Source: Monocercomonoides exilis PA203 (lineage: Eukaryota > Protista > Preaxostyla). From it: a stretch of DNA of 64,000 bases. Positions 45,305 through 57,842 of this stretch are shown in pieces. A program made the position numbers and the translations under genes. The first letter of the stretch is position 1, and every line of letters starts with the position of its first letter. The stretch covers positions 1,240,001 to 1,304,000 of the forward strand of contig LSRY02000001.1 of the NCBI GenBank assembly GCA_001643675.2, given 5' to 3'. The notes under the pieces were generated by a model. It had not been told where the DNA came from. It saw only the letters and a program-made list of their open reading frames with translations, and made no database searches.

Positions 45305-48300
45305 TCAGTGCTTGGATTTCGATCCTTTATCCGTCTTTGTTGATTTTCCATTTCTCCTCGAATTGGTCATAGCCAAAAACAGCTTTTGCTGGTTTTTCAA
45401 AACAAGCTTCTTCTTTTCCTCTTCCTCCTTTTTTCTCATTTTCTTTATCATCTTTGCCACTTTCTTTGCCAGTCTTGACTCCGAAAGAAGAGACCCTCCT
45501 TCGATGCAGTACTTCTTCATCCGCGGCGCCCGCGGAGCTGCCTTCGTGATCATCTTTCCCCGCAGCTGCTCTTCCAGGCTCTTGTCTTTCTTCCCGTCCC
45601 CTTGCTCTTCCTCAGACGATTCAGAGGATGAATCATCAGAAGAATCACTTTCGCTGTCGCTTTCACTCGAACTATCGCTTTCGTTATCCTTCTTTTTCTC
45701 CTCCTCCTCTCCTTCCTTTTTCGCTTCCATCTTTGGAGATTTCTTTTCTGCGGCTGTTTTTGATGATGAATTTTCTTTTCCTTTGCTCTTCTCTTTCTCT
45801 TTCTCTTTTGCCTTTTCATTTGCTTTGCCTTTGCCTTTGTCTTTGTCTTTGCTGTTAGCATTTTTGCTCGCTTTGCTGTTCGACTTCGATGCAGCCCCTT
45901 TCTTTTTGCTCTTCTTCGCATCAGAAGACGAAGAATCAGTGCTTCCAGATGATGAATCATTCGACTGCGAACCCGAATCTCTCGAAGAACGAGAAGACGA
46001 GCGAGAAGACGAGCGCGACGATGACTCAGAACTCGACCGGTTGCGTCTGCTTCGGCTGCGGCTGGGGCTGCGGCTGCTACTGTTGCTATTGCTACTACTG
46101 CTGCTTTCAGAATCGCCATCACAGAAATCGTAATCGTCTTCAACGCCTTCTTCGCCATGTCTTCTTGCTCGGGGTTGCCTGCCCTGCCGCGCGGGCATAA
46201 ACAGCCGCTGCACCAGCACATGTGCATTCTGCTCCTTTTCTGGATTGTCGATGTGCGAGACAAACTGCCTTTGGTGATCCTTGCTCGTCATGGGAAGCTG
46301 CCGCGCGGACATAATCTTCTCCATCCACTCAATGTCTGGCTCAGCCACTTGGTCAAGCTTGTCAAAAAGAGGAGTCCTGATCGAATAAGAATGCGAGTGA
46401 AGAAGAAGTTGTTGATGAAAATTGAATGTGTCATTCAATAAATCGCATTGCAAGCAAAGTGCATGGAGACAAATGAAAAAAAAAAAAGAACAAAAAATAC
46501 AATGAACCACTTTAAAATAGAATTCACAATAAGAAACAGATTTCAAACCCAACGATATTAATTTTGACTTTTCTCTCCTTTTTCGAAATGGAAGGAGGAG
46601 CCACAAATGGATTGTTTGACATGTCGATGTATCGAAGCTCAGCACATTTTGAAAGAGAAGAGGGAAGATATTGAATAAGATTGTCACTCAGGATAAGCCG
46701 CTTCAGCATGCTCCATCGGCCTAATCAGAATATTTGCATCAAAAAAATAAAATAAAAATAAAAATAAAGATAAAAATAAAATAAAAATAAAAAATAACAA
46801 AATAAAATAAAATAAAATAAAATAAAATAAAAGATAAAAGAAATTTCAAGAACGTATTTAAATAAATTTTATGAAGAAATAATCTAAAGAAAAATGACAC
46901 ATCCGTCTCAAAATAAGCACAAACCGATTGCATTCGGAATAGAAATCAGTCTGTTTCCTGACAGATTCAGTTCCTCGACACTCGAATTCGATCTTCCGAT
47001 AGTCGACGATGGATACAGCGAGATGCAGTTGTATCCCAAGTCCAGAAAGCGGAGCTGCTTCAACTCTTCGATGGCGCGAGGGAAGTCAGCGAACTTGTTC
47101 TTCCGGAGGATGAGCGTGGTGATGAAGCTGCACTTCGCTATGTCCTTCGGCAGCGACGTGAGCGAGTTGTCCGACAGATCCAAATAAGTCACGTTTTTCC
47201 AGAACGGCAGCTGCGCCGGCAGCTCCTTCAGCATGTTACCGATCAGCATCACCCGCTTCACATCCGCCCGCTCGTAGAACTTCTTCATCGGCACGTCTGT
47301 CAGGCGGTTGAACTCGAGGTCGAGCGAAACAAGCATCGGCAGATCCAAGTCGTCTGCAATTGACTCGATCTGGTTGCCAGCCAGCGACAGATGCAGAAGG
47401 TTGGGGAAGCACGTTGCTACTTCCTTGGGCAGATCTTTGATGCCGTTGGCAGTCAGAGAAAGCGACTGGAGCGTGGAGAGCTTCAGAAGTGGATCTGGAA
47501 TCTGTTTATATTTTTGGTTTGAGAAATAAAAGATGACAAATATAGAAAGACGAAGAAAATAAATATTCGTTTCATAAAAATTAAAATTAGAAACAAAAGC
47601 ATACACATGTTAATTAAAAATAATTTTCATAAACAAAAACACAACAACACATAAAACGACTCATTCAAACCCTTGACATTCTGTTGAACGACAAGTCCAG
47701 CTCTTCCAAAGGCGGGGGGTCGATGTGTGTGAAGACGCTGTGCTCTGTCAGGATGTTGTTGGAGAGGTCGAGTGAAATGAGAGAAGGAGGCAGCTCGTAG
47801 TTGAATGACGTGAAGAAGTTCGAGCCGAGCGACAGGTACTTCAGCGAGACAAGGTCGACGATTCCCTCAGTGAGCGAGGTGAGGGCGTTGTGGGAGAGGT
47901 TGAGGTAGACAAGGTGGTTGAACGCAACAGCCTTCGACGGGAAATCAGAGATGGCGTTGTACGACACATCCAGCTCAGAACACAGGATGCTCGGATTGAA
48001 CGACTTCAGGATAGAATTTGAGCCTTTGGCACCGGCTGATGAGGAATAGGAAGATGAAGAGGAGGAAGAAAGCAGTCCCGCTGTGGATGAAGAAGATCCC
48101 ATCGAGCGAAGCGACATCATCCCTTTCCGCTTCGACACCAGCTTCTTGTTCGACATCGTTTTGCTGATCAGTTTCATCTTCTTCTCTTTCTTCTGCTTGC
48201 TTGCCAGTAGATCCTTCTGCCCCCCTTTTTTCATCGTCTGAAGAGTCGTTGCCGACAAATCAGCGATCTCTGCCCTGTTCTTCTTCCTCTTCAAAGTCGA

Positions 48301-50265
48301 GCTGTTGTTGCTTTCTTTGTACCGCACGTGTTTTTTCCCTTTCTCTCCCACTCCTCTCATCCCCCCGTTCCACCCAGCCCCCGTCCGGTTTATCCCTTTC
48401 TTCCCTTTTGCCAGCCCCATCGCATTCTCCATCCGCAGCGCAAACCCTTTCAGCCCCGTGTCGTAGATCTTCTTCTCCATCGCGGGGCCCAAAATGACTG
48501 AGATCTCTTCCAGCGAGCCGTGCTTCGGCAGGTAGATGCTGCTGCCGGTCAGAAGCGGCCCAGCTGCTCCGCTCTTTTTGTTGGACGACGACGAAAGTGA
48601 GTGGCCACGTGAATTCACCACCTTTGAGGTCATGCGCATCGTCTTGCCGCCGTCTGCCCCTTTCTTCGTCGAACTGGGGCTCAGCCCAGACATCTCCTTC
48701 GACTTGCCTTCCTTCAGAGATCCATCAGCCGCGCCGTCGCCTTCAGCAGCATCATCATCGTCCACAGCCTCGACTGCATTGTCGCCGCCGATGAACTCAA
48801 TCAGCCCGTGTTTGATCAGCTGCTCGTCCACCCACCTCAGCGGAACCCGGCACTTGTCCTCTTCCTCAGGCGTGGCATGCACCGTCGGCCGGAACCCAGC
48901 CCCTGCTGCTCTGTCACCGCTGCCTCCCTTGTAGCCCAGCGTCCCAACTGCATATGGATCGTCTTTTGAGTCTGAGTAGTATGCAGTCGCAAAGTTGAAC
49001 ACAGACTTCTGTATGTGCGGCAGATAGACAGACTCGACCAGCTCCTTCACCAGATCTTCGTCGTGCAGCGGGTTCGGAGGAAGATGCACCGGCGATGGCA
49101 TTTTTATCAGGCCTTTGAAGCGCAGATCGAGGCGATGCGGAGAAAGCGCAACCATCTGCGCGTCCTCGATCTCCAGCGCGGTTGTATCCTTCTTGTTCAG
49201 AAAAGAGAAAAGCCTCTTCTTCAAAACCTCTTCTTGCTGGAGGATTCCGACCCGTGCAATCTGCTTCAATACACTTACGATATACTTCACTGCGGGATCA
49301 GACTCGCTTCTCCGCCTTGAGCGCTGGTCGTCGCTGACTCCTGCCCCGATCAGCATATCTTTTAAAGCCTCTTGTTGTGCATTGGATCTGCGCTCTGCCC
49401 TTCGTGTAATCACATCAGACAACTCTCTCACACCCATTTCACCCATGTCATCTTCTTTTCTCCAGTCATCCCAGAATAGGTCAGGAATTTTAACAGGAAA
49501 AGTGGGATAGTACAGAACATCAATAGCCTTGATCATTTGAAACACTATTTCTATGTCATATGGAAGAACAGGACATGGAACTGGTTCTTCTAGGCATCCA
49601 ATGCAATGCTGAGGTTTGGCTTTTGCCTTCCCAAGTCCGAATCGTTCAGCTCGTGCGGTCCGATGCCTCCTTTCTTCTGCAAATTTTGTTTTGAGAATTT
49701 GTGCTTTCCCAAGGATGTATTGTTCCCAATTTTCTTGTAAAGTTTCGTCGTCGTCCCACACATCAGAATCTAGCCCAAGCATAACAATTTGTTTTCTTTC
49801 GTTAACTTCTCTAAATGTTTTTGCAACCTTAACGGTCAATCGTCATTGCAAATTCGTCACATTGAAGAGAGAAAATATTCATAAAGTAAAAATATGCATA
49901 AATAAAAATTAAGCAAACATTTACAAGCGAAAATAAACTGTCCTTGTTGCGAAGAGAAAAAACAAAAATTGAAACGTTTTGTTGCGAAGTTGACGTATCT
50001 TTTTCAGTCTTTTCTTTTTCAACATCAAGCTGGGCTTCTAATGTTGCAGAATAAAAAATGAGTGACTGAAAACATTTTCTGTTAAATACAAACGATTCGC
50101 TGCAAAATAATCCAACAAAATCCGAGTATCGTTCAATAATACGTCCTTTTCTGTGGATTCTTCTGTAAGAATACGAACAACTTCTCCTGTGTCTATTTGA
50201 GGCCCTGCGTAGACATCACAAGATATTCTGAGAATATCTGTAGTCTTTCTTGCACTTTTGTCCAT
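45305..50265 (-). CDS. Multi-exon leucine-rich-repeat protein with Ser/Lys/Glu-rich low-complexity C-terminus
   Basis: Many LxxLxLxxNxL repeats across ORFs 47665, 46908 and 46524; acceptors at 47502-47503, 46721-46722 and ~46377; 5' exon structure (49830-50265) approximate. Confidence 0.8.
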
Positions 50266-50579
50266 TTGATGTAATGAAGGGAATATTGATCTTTGTTTTT
50301 TAACAGGAACAAAAATTTTTTCTTCATGGTTTTTGTTTCACTTATTATTGACGAAATTTTTTCTCTCTTTTTTTATTTTTCTGTATAATTTTTGTATGAG
50401 AATGTATGCCTTAAAATGATATGATTGAAGAAAAAGTTTTGAGCAAATTGTTGTTTTTTCAAAAATGCAAGAATTTTTCCCCAATTCTTTTTCTCATTTG
50501 CGTTTTTGTTCAAAATAAAAAAGAAAAAAAAACCTTGATAGATAACATCAAACAAATAATGAAAAGTTGTGAAGTGGAA

Positions 50580-51638
50580 CTACTCAAGAGTGCTAGAAGA
50601 AGATGAAGAACTAGCATTTGATGAATCAACTTGATCCAGTATTTTAGAAGCCTTTTCCATTTCTAAATAAACGTTTCCGTGAGACAATCACAAATGCAAA
50701 AATTAGTTAAATTAAAAAAATATTTAATTTTTGAGCAAGGACACACCCGTCATGAGGGATGCAAACATTGATGAACTCATTGAGATTTTTGCTGTGGGAA
50801 ATGGTGCTTCTTCTCCAATTGCCGATGGTTGCATTTCAAATGAAACAATAGGAAATCCAACCTGGCGAGAGGAGTTACAGAGCACAGGAAGGTCAACTCT
50901 GTAATCAAATCTTTCCAATGTTGGAACTATTGTTGGAGGGGCAGAGGGAATATTGCATATATTTGGAAATAAAGATAAATGTTTATTAAAATCTACAATT
51001 GCAAACGATGAAATGTCTTTGAAGTCAAATATTCTGCAAGAAAATCTCTGTTCTTTTCAACTTCTTTTGAAATAACTTTGCTATGTTCTGATATAAACAT
51101 AATGTTGATGTTATTTTGAAAAATAAAAAATATTGAACAAATCGCACCGATTGGTACTCCAAGCTGTTGGAGTTCATCTAGCAATACTTCTTCACTGCAG
51201 CTAAAACGAACAGCATTTATCTGAATTTTTTTCGATATAAAGGCTCATAATATTAAAATGTTTCAATTTTTTGGAGCAAACAATAATGAAACGTAAAACT
51301 GCAAGAGCTGATCGAATTTCTGAAGGGTTTATTCCCGCCGAATTTAAATGTTTCATAAAAACTGATTCCTGAAAAACACAATGAAAAATTCGAAAATAAA
51401 TCAAATTGATAAAATAAAACGATATCAAGAAAAATATGAATAACCTCTATTTCATTTCCAAGTGTTTCCTTTATAATTCCAATGCAAATTGCCTTCAAAC
51501 GAACTGATGACTAAAAGAGGAAATTTTCAATTCAATTTCATCTACAAAATAACAATAGCAAACATATTTTGAAAGCAAAGTGACTTCCGAAAGAAGCCAG
51601 TTTGGCACGTCGACTTTTCCATAAAAATTAAATTTCAT
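50580..51638 (-). CDS. COMMD4: COMM domain-containing protein 4 (Commander/CCC complex), multi-exon
   Basis: MKFNFYGKVDVPNWLLSEVTLLSK, ALAVLRFII, LLDELQQLGVP, EHSK, FDYRVD closely parallel COMMD4 (MRFRFCGDLDCPDWVLAEI, AVLSFIL, ELQQLGLPKEH, WRVD); TAG at 50580-50582. Confidence 0.85.
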
Positions 51639-51709
51639 TTTCTTGTTATGGGCTTTCAAAGGATCATAGCCCTTTGTCAGGATTTTTTGTGATCGAAAAC
51701 AGAACACAA
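51639..51709. promoter_or_regulatory. Putative bidirectional promoter
   Basis: Only 71 bp separate the divergent ATGs of COMMD4 and NAP1/SET. Confidence 0.55.
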
Positions 51710-52990
51710 ATGGCATCAGCTCATCACTCCAACGATCAAAGGCTAGAACCTATTCTACTCGATGGTTTGATGCACTCAGTTGACATTTTAGAAAAGATCT
51801 TGGAATATTCAATTTGTTTCTTTTGTTTTTTAATCGATCATAATTCAATTTTTTAAACACAATCATTTATCAAGAATCAACTTTGAATGAACTTCAAAAG
51901 ATTCAGACTGAAGTGGAAGATGTGAATAAAAAAATGGAAGAAGAACTTTCAGCAATTCACAGAAAGCATTTTGAACTCATGAGACCTCTTTTCCGTGAAA
52001 GAAGTGAGTTTTTCCGAAAAACTCCTGGGCTATGGCTAACAGCCCTTCGAAATCATACCGCTTTGGTTGATTTTTTCATGGATGACGATACTCAGAAGGC
52101 TATGTCTCATTGCATTGACATTGATTTTACGGATTGTCCAGCTCCAAAAAATGGTTTCATTTTGAGAATGGTATAACTTATTTTAATTTTATGGGATTTC
52201 AAATTTTCGAATATTTTTTTTTCATTTAGGAATTCAAGGAGAATCCGTATTTTGAAAACAAATTTCTCGAAAAAGAATTTTCCAAAAGCGAAAAGGATGG
52301 AATCACAAAGGCCACTGGGGGCACAAGAATTCAATGGAAGCCTGGAATGGTTTGTTTTGTTTTAAATCATTTTTTTAATATTTTTTTACTTATACAAATT
52401 TATTCTTGAAGAACATTATCAAGAAGGTTCAGCAACTTAACGAAGTCCTTGAAAAAGATCGTCTTAGAAAACGTGAAAAATCCAAAAATGATGATGAATC
52501 CGAATCGGACGATGATCCTATTGAGCTTACAACATTTTTCGAGGTAAAGCTTTATTTATTGCTTTTCTGAGTTTCAACCAAAAATTTTTTTTGTGATATT
52601 TTTCAATTAAATTTAAAAGTTGTTTGAAGACGAGTTTATGGATACTGAAATTGCACTTATCATTCGAGATGAAGTTTATCTTGACCCAGTTAAATATTTG
52701 ATCAAGGTTTGATTCTAATTTTGCTCCTTTTTTTTTAAAGAAAATAAATATAATCAAAAATATACTAGGATGATGATGAAGACGAGGAAGAGGAGGAAGA
52801 AGAAGATGAAGAAGGTGAGGATGAGGAAGACGAAGAGGAAGATGAAGATGAGGAGGAGGAAGAAGTGAATTTAAACCGCGGTCGAAAAATGCATAAGCCA
52901 TCAAAGGAGGAGGAGGAAGATGACGAAGGAGAAGATGAGGATGAAGAAGAGGATGAAGAGGAGGAGGATGATGAAGAAAAGGATTCATAA
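51710..52990 (+). CDS. Nucleosome assembly protein (NAP1/SET family), 6 exons
   Basis: Exons 51710-51764, 51875-52170, 52230-52349, 52412-52543, 52620-52706, 52769-52990; motifs PLFRERS, PGLWLTALRNH, FKENPYFEN, IQWKPG, TFFE, acidic tail. Confidence 0.9.
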
Positions 52991-53544
52991 AGAAACTTTC
53001 ATGTACGATGTCACTCACAATTTTTGCTATTTTTGAATTGTTCGTCGATAATTTGTTTTTGTTCATTTCACATAAATGCTTTGATTTTACATCCACTTCG
53101 ATGTGTTGTTATCTTCATTATATATTTTTTTTTAATCGTTATTCATTATATTTATAGTTTTCCACAAATGCTCACCTCATTCGCTAAACTGTTTTTTTAA
53201 TTTTACTCTTATATATTGGTAATTATTTTTGAAGCTTTGTAGTCTGAGCTTATTCTTTTTATGATCATTTCACGGGAGATCTGCTGGTATCTAATAAACG
53301 CAAAAACGTTTCATTAAGTTTTTCCTTTATTTATTTATTTATTTTGTGATAGCAAAAGATAGGTGTTAATTTATAGAAAACCACTCCATTTTCTTACAGA
53401 AAGATTTCAAATTAAAAAAAGTACTCCAAAATTTTCAAATTAAACCAAAAATTTTTTGTTATAAAAATGTTATTGAATCTATTGTTATTAGCACAATGCG
53501 ATTTCCAATTTTAAATTTTTCATTTAATCTTATATAACTGATCC

Positions 53545-53733
53545 TTTTTGAAATCACACTTACGTTCGAGTTTTGATCAAAATTTTGTTCTCAATGGGTT
53601 TTTTGAAAAAAATGAGTTGAAAAAAGAAATACTTGTTGTTTATTATATTGCTATTGCGAAAACAAAATTTCATCCAAATCCCATTGAAAACAAAATTTTG
53701 ATCAAAACTCCAACAAAAGTCTCATTTCAAAAA
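53545..53733. repeat. Imperfect inverted repeat (~60-bp arms)
   Basis: GAGTTTTGATCAAAATTTTGTTCTCAATGGG (53568-53598) pairs with CCCATTGAAAACAAAATTTTGATCAAAACTC (53680-53710), 1 mismatch, extending outward imperfectly. Confidence 0.8.
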
Positions 53734-55399
53734 TAATTAGCCATATTTTTGAAAATGAATTTGCACCTGCCAGAAATTGAACCAGACAACTAACTATTCG
53801 TAAAAGAGATATGAAAAAACTTTTTGGTAATAAGAAAGATCAAATTCTAATTGTGAATTCGTTGATTAATTGATAAAGTTTCTCAGACTTATGCAGCTAT
53901 ACTATCTTTTGAATTCACGGGAGAGTAATAAGAGATAGAACAGATGGAGAAGAAAATGACGATGAAAATAATAAAATACGTTAAAATTAATAAAAAAAAG
54001 AAAGCAAACTCGTTCAAATCAGAGAAGGAACATCACCTTCAGAGAAAAATTAATTGTTCTTGGATACAAACTGCAAGTGGGCTTGAAATTGAAGAGAAGA
54101 TGTCACAATAAGCATTTGAAAAGAAGATAAAAATAATTAATAGAAGTTCAACTTCGAAACTGCGTTCACGAAATGTGTGTAATGTTTCAGCTTTCAAGGA
54201 GAAAAATTAATTGCTTTTTCATTTCACCATTCCTCATCTGTTATTGTTATTAAGAGATTTCATGTTGCAAAGAATAAACTGATCTCGCAAAAAAGCAGCA
54301 CATTGTTTAATTTTTCAAAGTGTTTCTACAAAAAAAGGTTCGAGAAATAAAAAACGACAACGAATTATCAAACTCTTAAAAGAAGAATTGATTCAAAAGT
54401 TATTTTCCACACTTTGCAGTTGAAATTGGCAATTGTCATAAAAATAATAAAATTTATTCTTAATCATCTTTACAACAAAAATGCATTTACTAATCGTTCG
54501 TTTCAAAAGTGCAAACAATTCGCCTCCGCAACGAGTTTCAGGTTTTGCTATTTTAAAAACGATCTGAATTAATTGATGAATGAAAAACAATTAAGAGAGA
54601 TTATTTAAAACGCATTATTTGAAAGATAAGAAATGCAAAACATTTTTTCACAAAAAATACTCCGAAACTTCGAAAGTGAAAGATGTTGAAATATTTGAGT
54701 CAAACTCAAATCTGCAGAGAACAGAACACAAGGGATATTAATTGTGGCAAAACCAACAATTTGTTTGAACGATGTGGGTAATTCTTTTTGAAAAGTTGCA
54801 AATGTTTTATTTTCAAATAAATCAAAAATTTCATGTTTGGCTCAAATTTTTGTTGGCATTCACCAAACTTCGCAAATATGGAATCTATTTAAAGATAATG
54901 CTATTACACACATTCTTGAAAAGATTCGTGAGGAAATACAGAAATTTGAGCATAATATGAAAATTTTGATTTATTAGTAAATTAAACATTTGCGACTTCT
55001 CAAAAAGAATTACCCATATGATAAATTGTGCGATGATTATTTCACATTATTCAGCATTGATGCTAATGTGAAATATTTTTTTAAACAATTTATTAACTAC
55101 ATAAAAAAGAAAGAGATTCATCTCAGTTTAAACAAAACATACACAAAGATTATCACACACATTAATTCGCCACTTTCATGATCGGAAGATAAATAATTCG
55201 GTAATTAGTTGACTTTGAATATCCCCACGCCAAGTTTCGATCCCTGAACCTTTTCATCGTGAGCTTTTTTCTCCAGTTCTAATCAAAAATGATTAAACTT
55301 TCATTTTCTTTTGAATTGTTCCACATAATTCTTTTATTTTTTATCATTTCATTTCTTTTTTTTTTTATTTCAGACACTTTTTTCTGTTGAATTTTCTGT

Positions 55400-57460
55400 T
55401 TCAGTATCACTCACATTGTTAATGCTCGAATGTTTCATGACACTCAAACTTCTCGTTCAGTAAATAGAAACAACTATTTCATGTTTTGAACTATTCCCAC
55501 TTTCCTTTTGATCCGCAAATGTGTGATCTCCTTCAAACAATTCATCAAATAATGTTTCTTTTTCAGACTCTTCAAAATCATTCCTCTCTATTAATTCATC
55601 ATCATCGTAAGCGTCTTCAAAAATTTCTTTATTATCTATTCTATCTTTCTTTGACAATGATGTGTCTGTATTTTTTTCTTTCGATTTCTCTGAAGTCATA
55701 AATCTTTTCATTCTTCTTTATATTAGAAAACACGAGTAATAACATCCTTTTTCTTAACTCGATTCGATGAGACCATCTTTATCTTTGAGCAATCTTTTCC
55801 GCTTTTTCTTCAGTTTCATTTTCAATAATTCAGAATTCTCCAGAACCCAATCATCAAAATTTGATCCCGACAATTTCAAAGGTAATTTAATGTTGTTATT
55901 ATCTTTGATTCGTACAATATTCATCTGGGAGATTATCTTGTCAATATGATCTTCATCAAGCTTAGAAAAATTGCAACTATCTTAAATCAACATAGAAATC
56001 CCACCTCTCAAAAATCCAGCTCTGTTTTGATAATGAACAGTTGAAACTTGAAAACTTCTAATGATGTTCTCGACATATTTTGAAAGTGTTGTGGGTGGTA
56101 ACTCAGCCGCTAATCGTTTAAATTCTTTTTTGAATGAAGAAAAAGTGGTAAGATCCAAAGGTAACAATAAATGGGAAGAGTGAGCTGGAATGATAAGCAA
56201 CTCCACATTATTTTGAACTAATATGTTTTTTGCTTCTTCGGACGTATGAGAGCTGTGCCCATCTGCTAGTAATAAAGTTTTTTCATCATGGTTTTTTTTG
56301 ATACGGTTTATGTGAGGAATGAAGCAATCACAAAGCCAATGAATGAATGCAATTGATGTGCTATAACCCTTTGGAGAAGATCTCATTTCCAATTCAACTC
56401 CAAAAATCATTTTTGAGAATAGGTCTTCGTCTACAGTTTGCCTTTTAACCAATAACATAGGAATAACTGAATGACAAGGGAATCGGATGCATCCCATCAG
56501 TTACATTAATCTGTTATCACAATAAACTTTAAACCTTGCTGAACCCTTTTTTATTGTGATATGGCAAATAACTATTTTTTCTTTATGTCTTCAAACTCCT
56601 GGCAGCCTGTTTCATCCATGCAAAATGTTAATTCTGCCAGAACATTTGTTAATTTTAATTACAATTCGTTTTTGTATTCATTTCCTTTCTCCTGCAGTAT
56701 TTCATATCTTTTCGATTCAAGTGGAACTGCAATTTGTTCTTTGAGCAAAGACTCATGTCTTTTCAGAAATGCTCTGCTGTAATTGAATGTTAAACTTTTT
56801 TCGTATTGATGATTAACGTAATCCAAAAATGTTCTTTGAGAGAATGGATTTCCTTCCCTGTAATTTTGTATGCACAGTTGAACTTATTCCAACTCTTCTT
56901 CCTTTCCAAGAGCAGATGGTTTTCCAGCTAACTTTATTTTTTGTGAAACAGGCGTATTCAAAATTTCGAAAACTCGAGTTTTCTTCATTAGAGTCGACTA
57001 TGCTATAGTTCGGCAAGAATCATTCTTCGGAGAGTGTATCAATAATGATGCATGGAATATTTTCACAAGATCAAAGTTGTCTTTAGGTGAATATCTTTCA
57101 AGGTCACTGGAAACATTTTCTGCTGTTTTCGAACTGAATATTTGGAGAACCTTATTTTGAACCGCTTGAAAGTTCACATCTGATGTGTTCTTCTTTGTCA
57201 AACGAATTATTTCAAGCATCACTTACAAAGAATGATCAATCCCTTTAATTTTATAAATTCAACTCATCATTGAAAATTTTCATTTTATAAAAATTTTTCA
57301 ATAATTATTCAACACATAATTTTTACAACCAATAAGTGTTTACTATTGAAAAAAATACATGAAATGAGAAAGAAAGTTTTATCATTAAAAAATCCTTGAA
57401 CCACAATTAAAATTATTGTCCCCCCTTTTGGAAAGTGTCCGCCTATTAGGAAAGTTTCAA
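55400..57460 (-). mobile_element. Decayed pogo-like DD35D transposon (3' TIR not found)
   Basis: FCMDETG (~56610), LLLADGHSSH and HLLLPLDLTTF with 35-residue spacing; KGRRVG in the N-terminal part; candidate 5' end TA-TTGAAACTTTCCTAATAGGCGGAC-ACTTTCCAAAAGGGGGGAC on the minus strand at 57462-57418. Confidence 0.78.
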
Positions 57461-57475
57461 TAATAATCATGTTCA

Positions 57476-57501
57476 TAAATAATAATAATAATAATAATCA
57501 A

Positions 57502-57560
<59 letters not shown>

Positions 57561-57620
57561 AATAAAATAAAATAAAATAAAATAAAATAAAATAAAATAA
57601 AATAAAATTTAATAAAATAA
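57476..57620 (+). repeat. Compound microsatellite (AAT)n(AAAT)n(AAAAT)n
   Basis: Read directly. Confidence 0.9.
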
Positions 57621-57842
57621 AAATACAAATAAACATTAAAGAAAATAAAAACTTATCCTCCATTATGAAATGCTTGATGATGCGCAAACTTTTCTGATAA
57701 TGTTAATAGAATGATCTTCTTTTTTATTTCTAACCCATCAACTTTTTTTTTTTTTTTTTTTTTGAATAAAATGGAGTTTTTTAATCATCATTTCCATAAT
57801 TTTCTCAAAGTTAAAAATATTACAATTATTAAGGGCTTCTGA

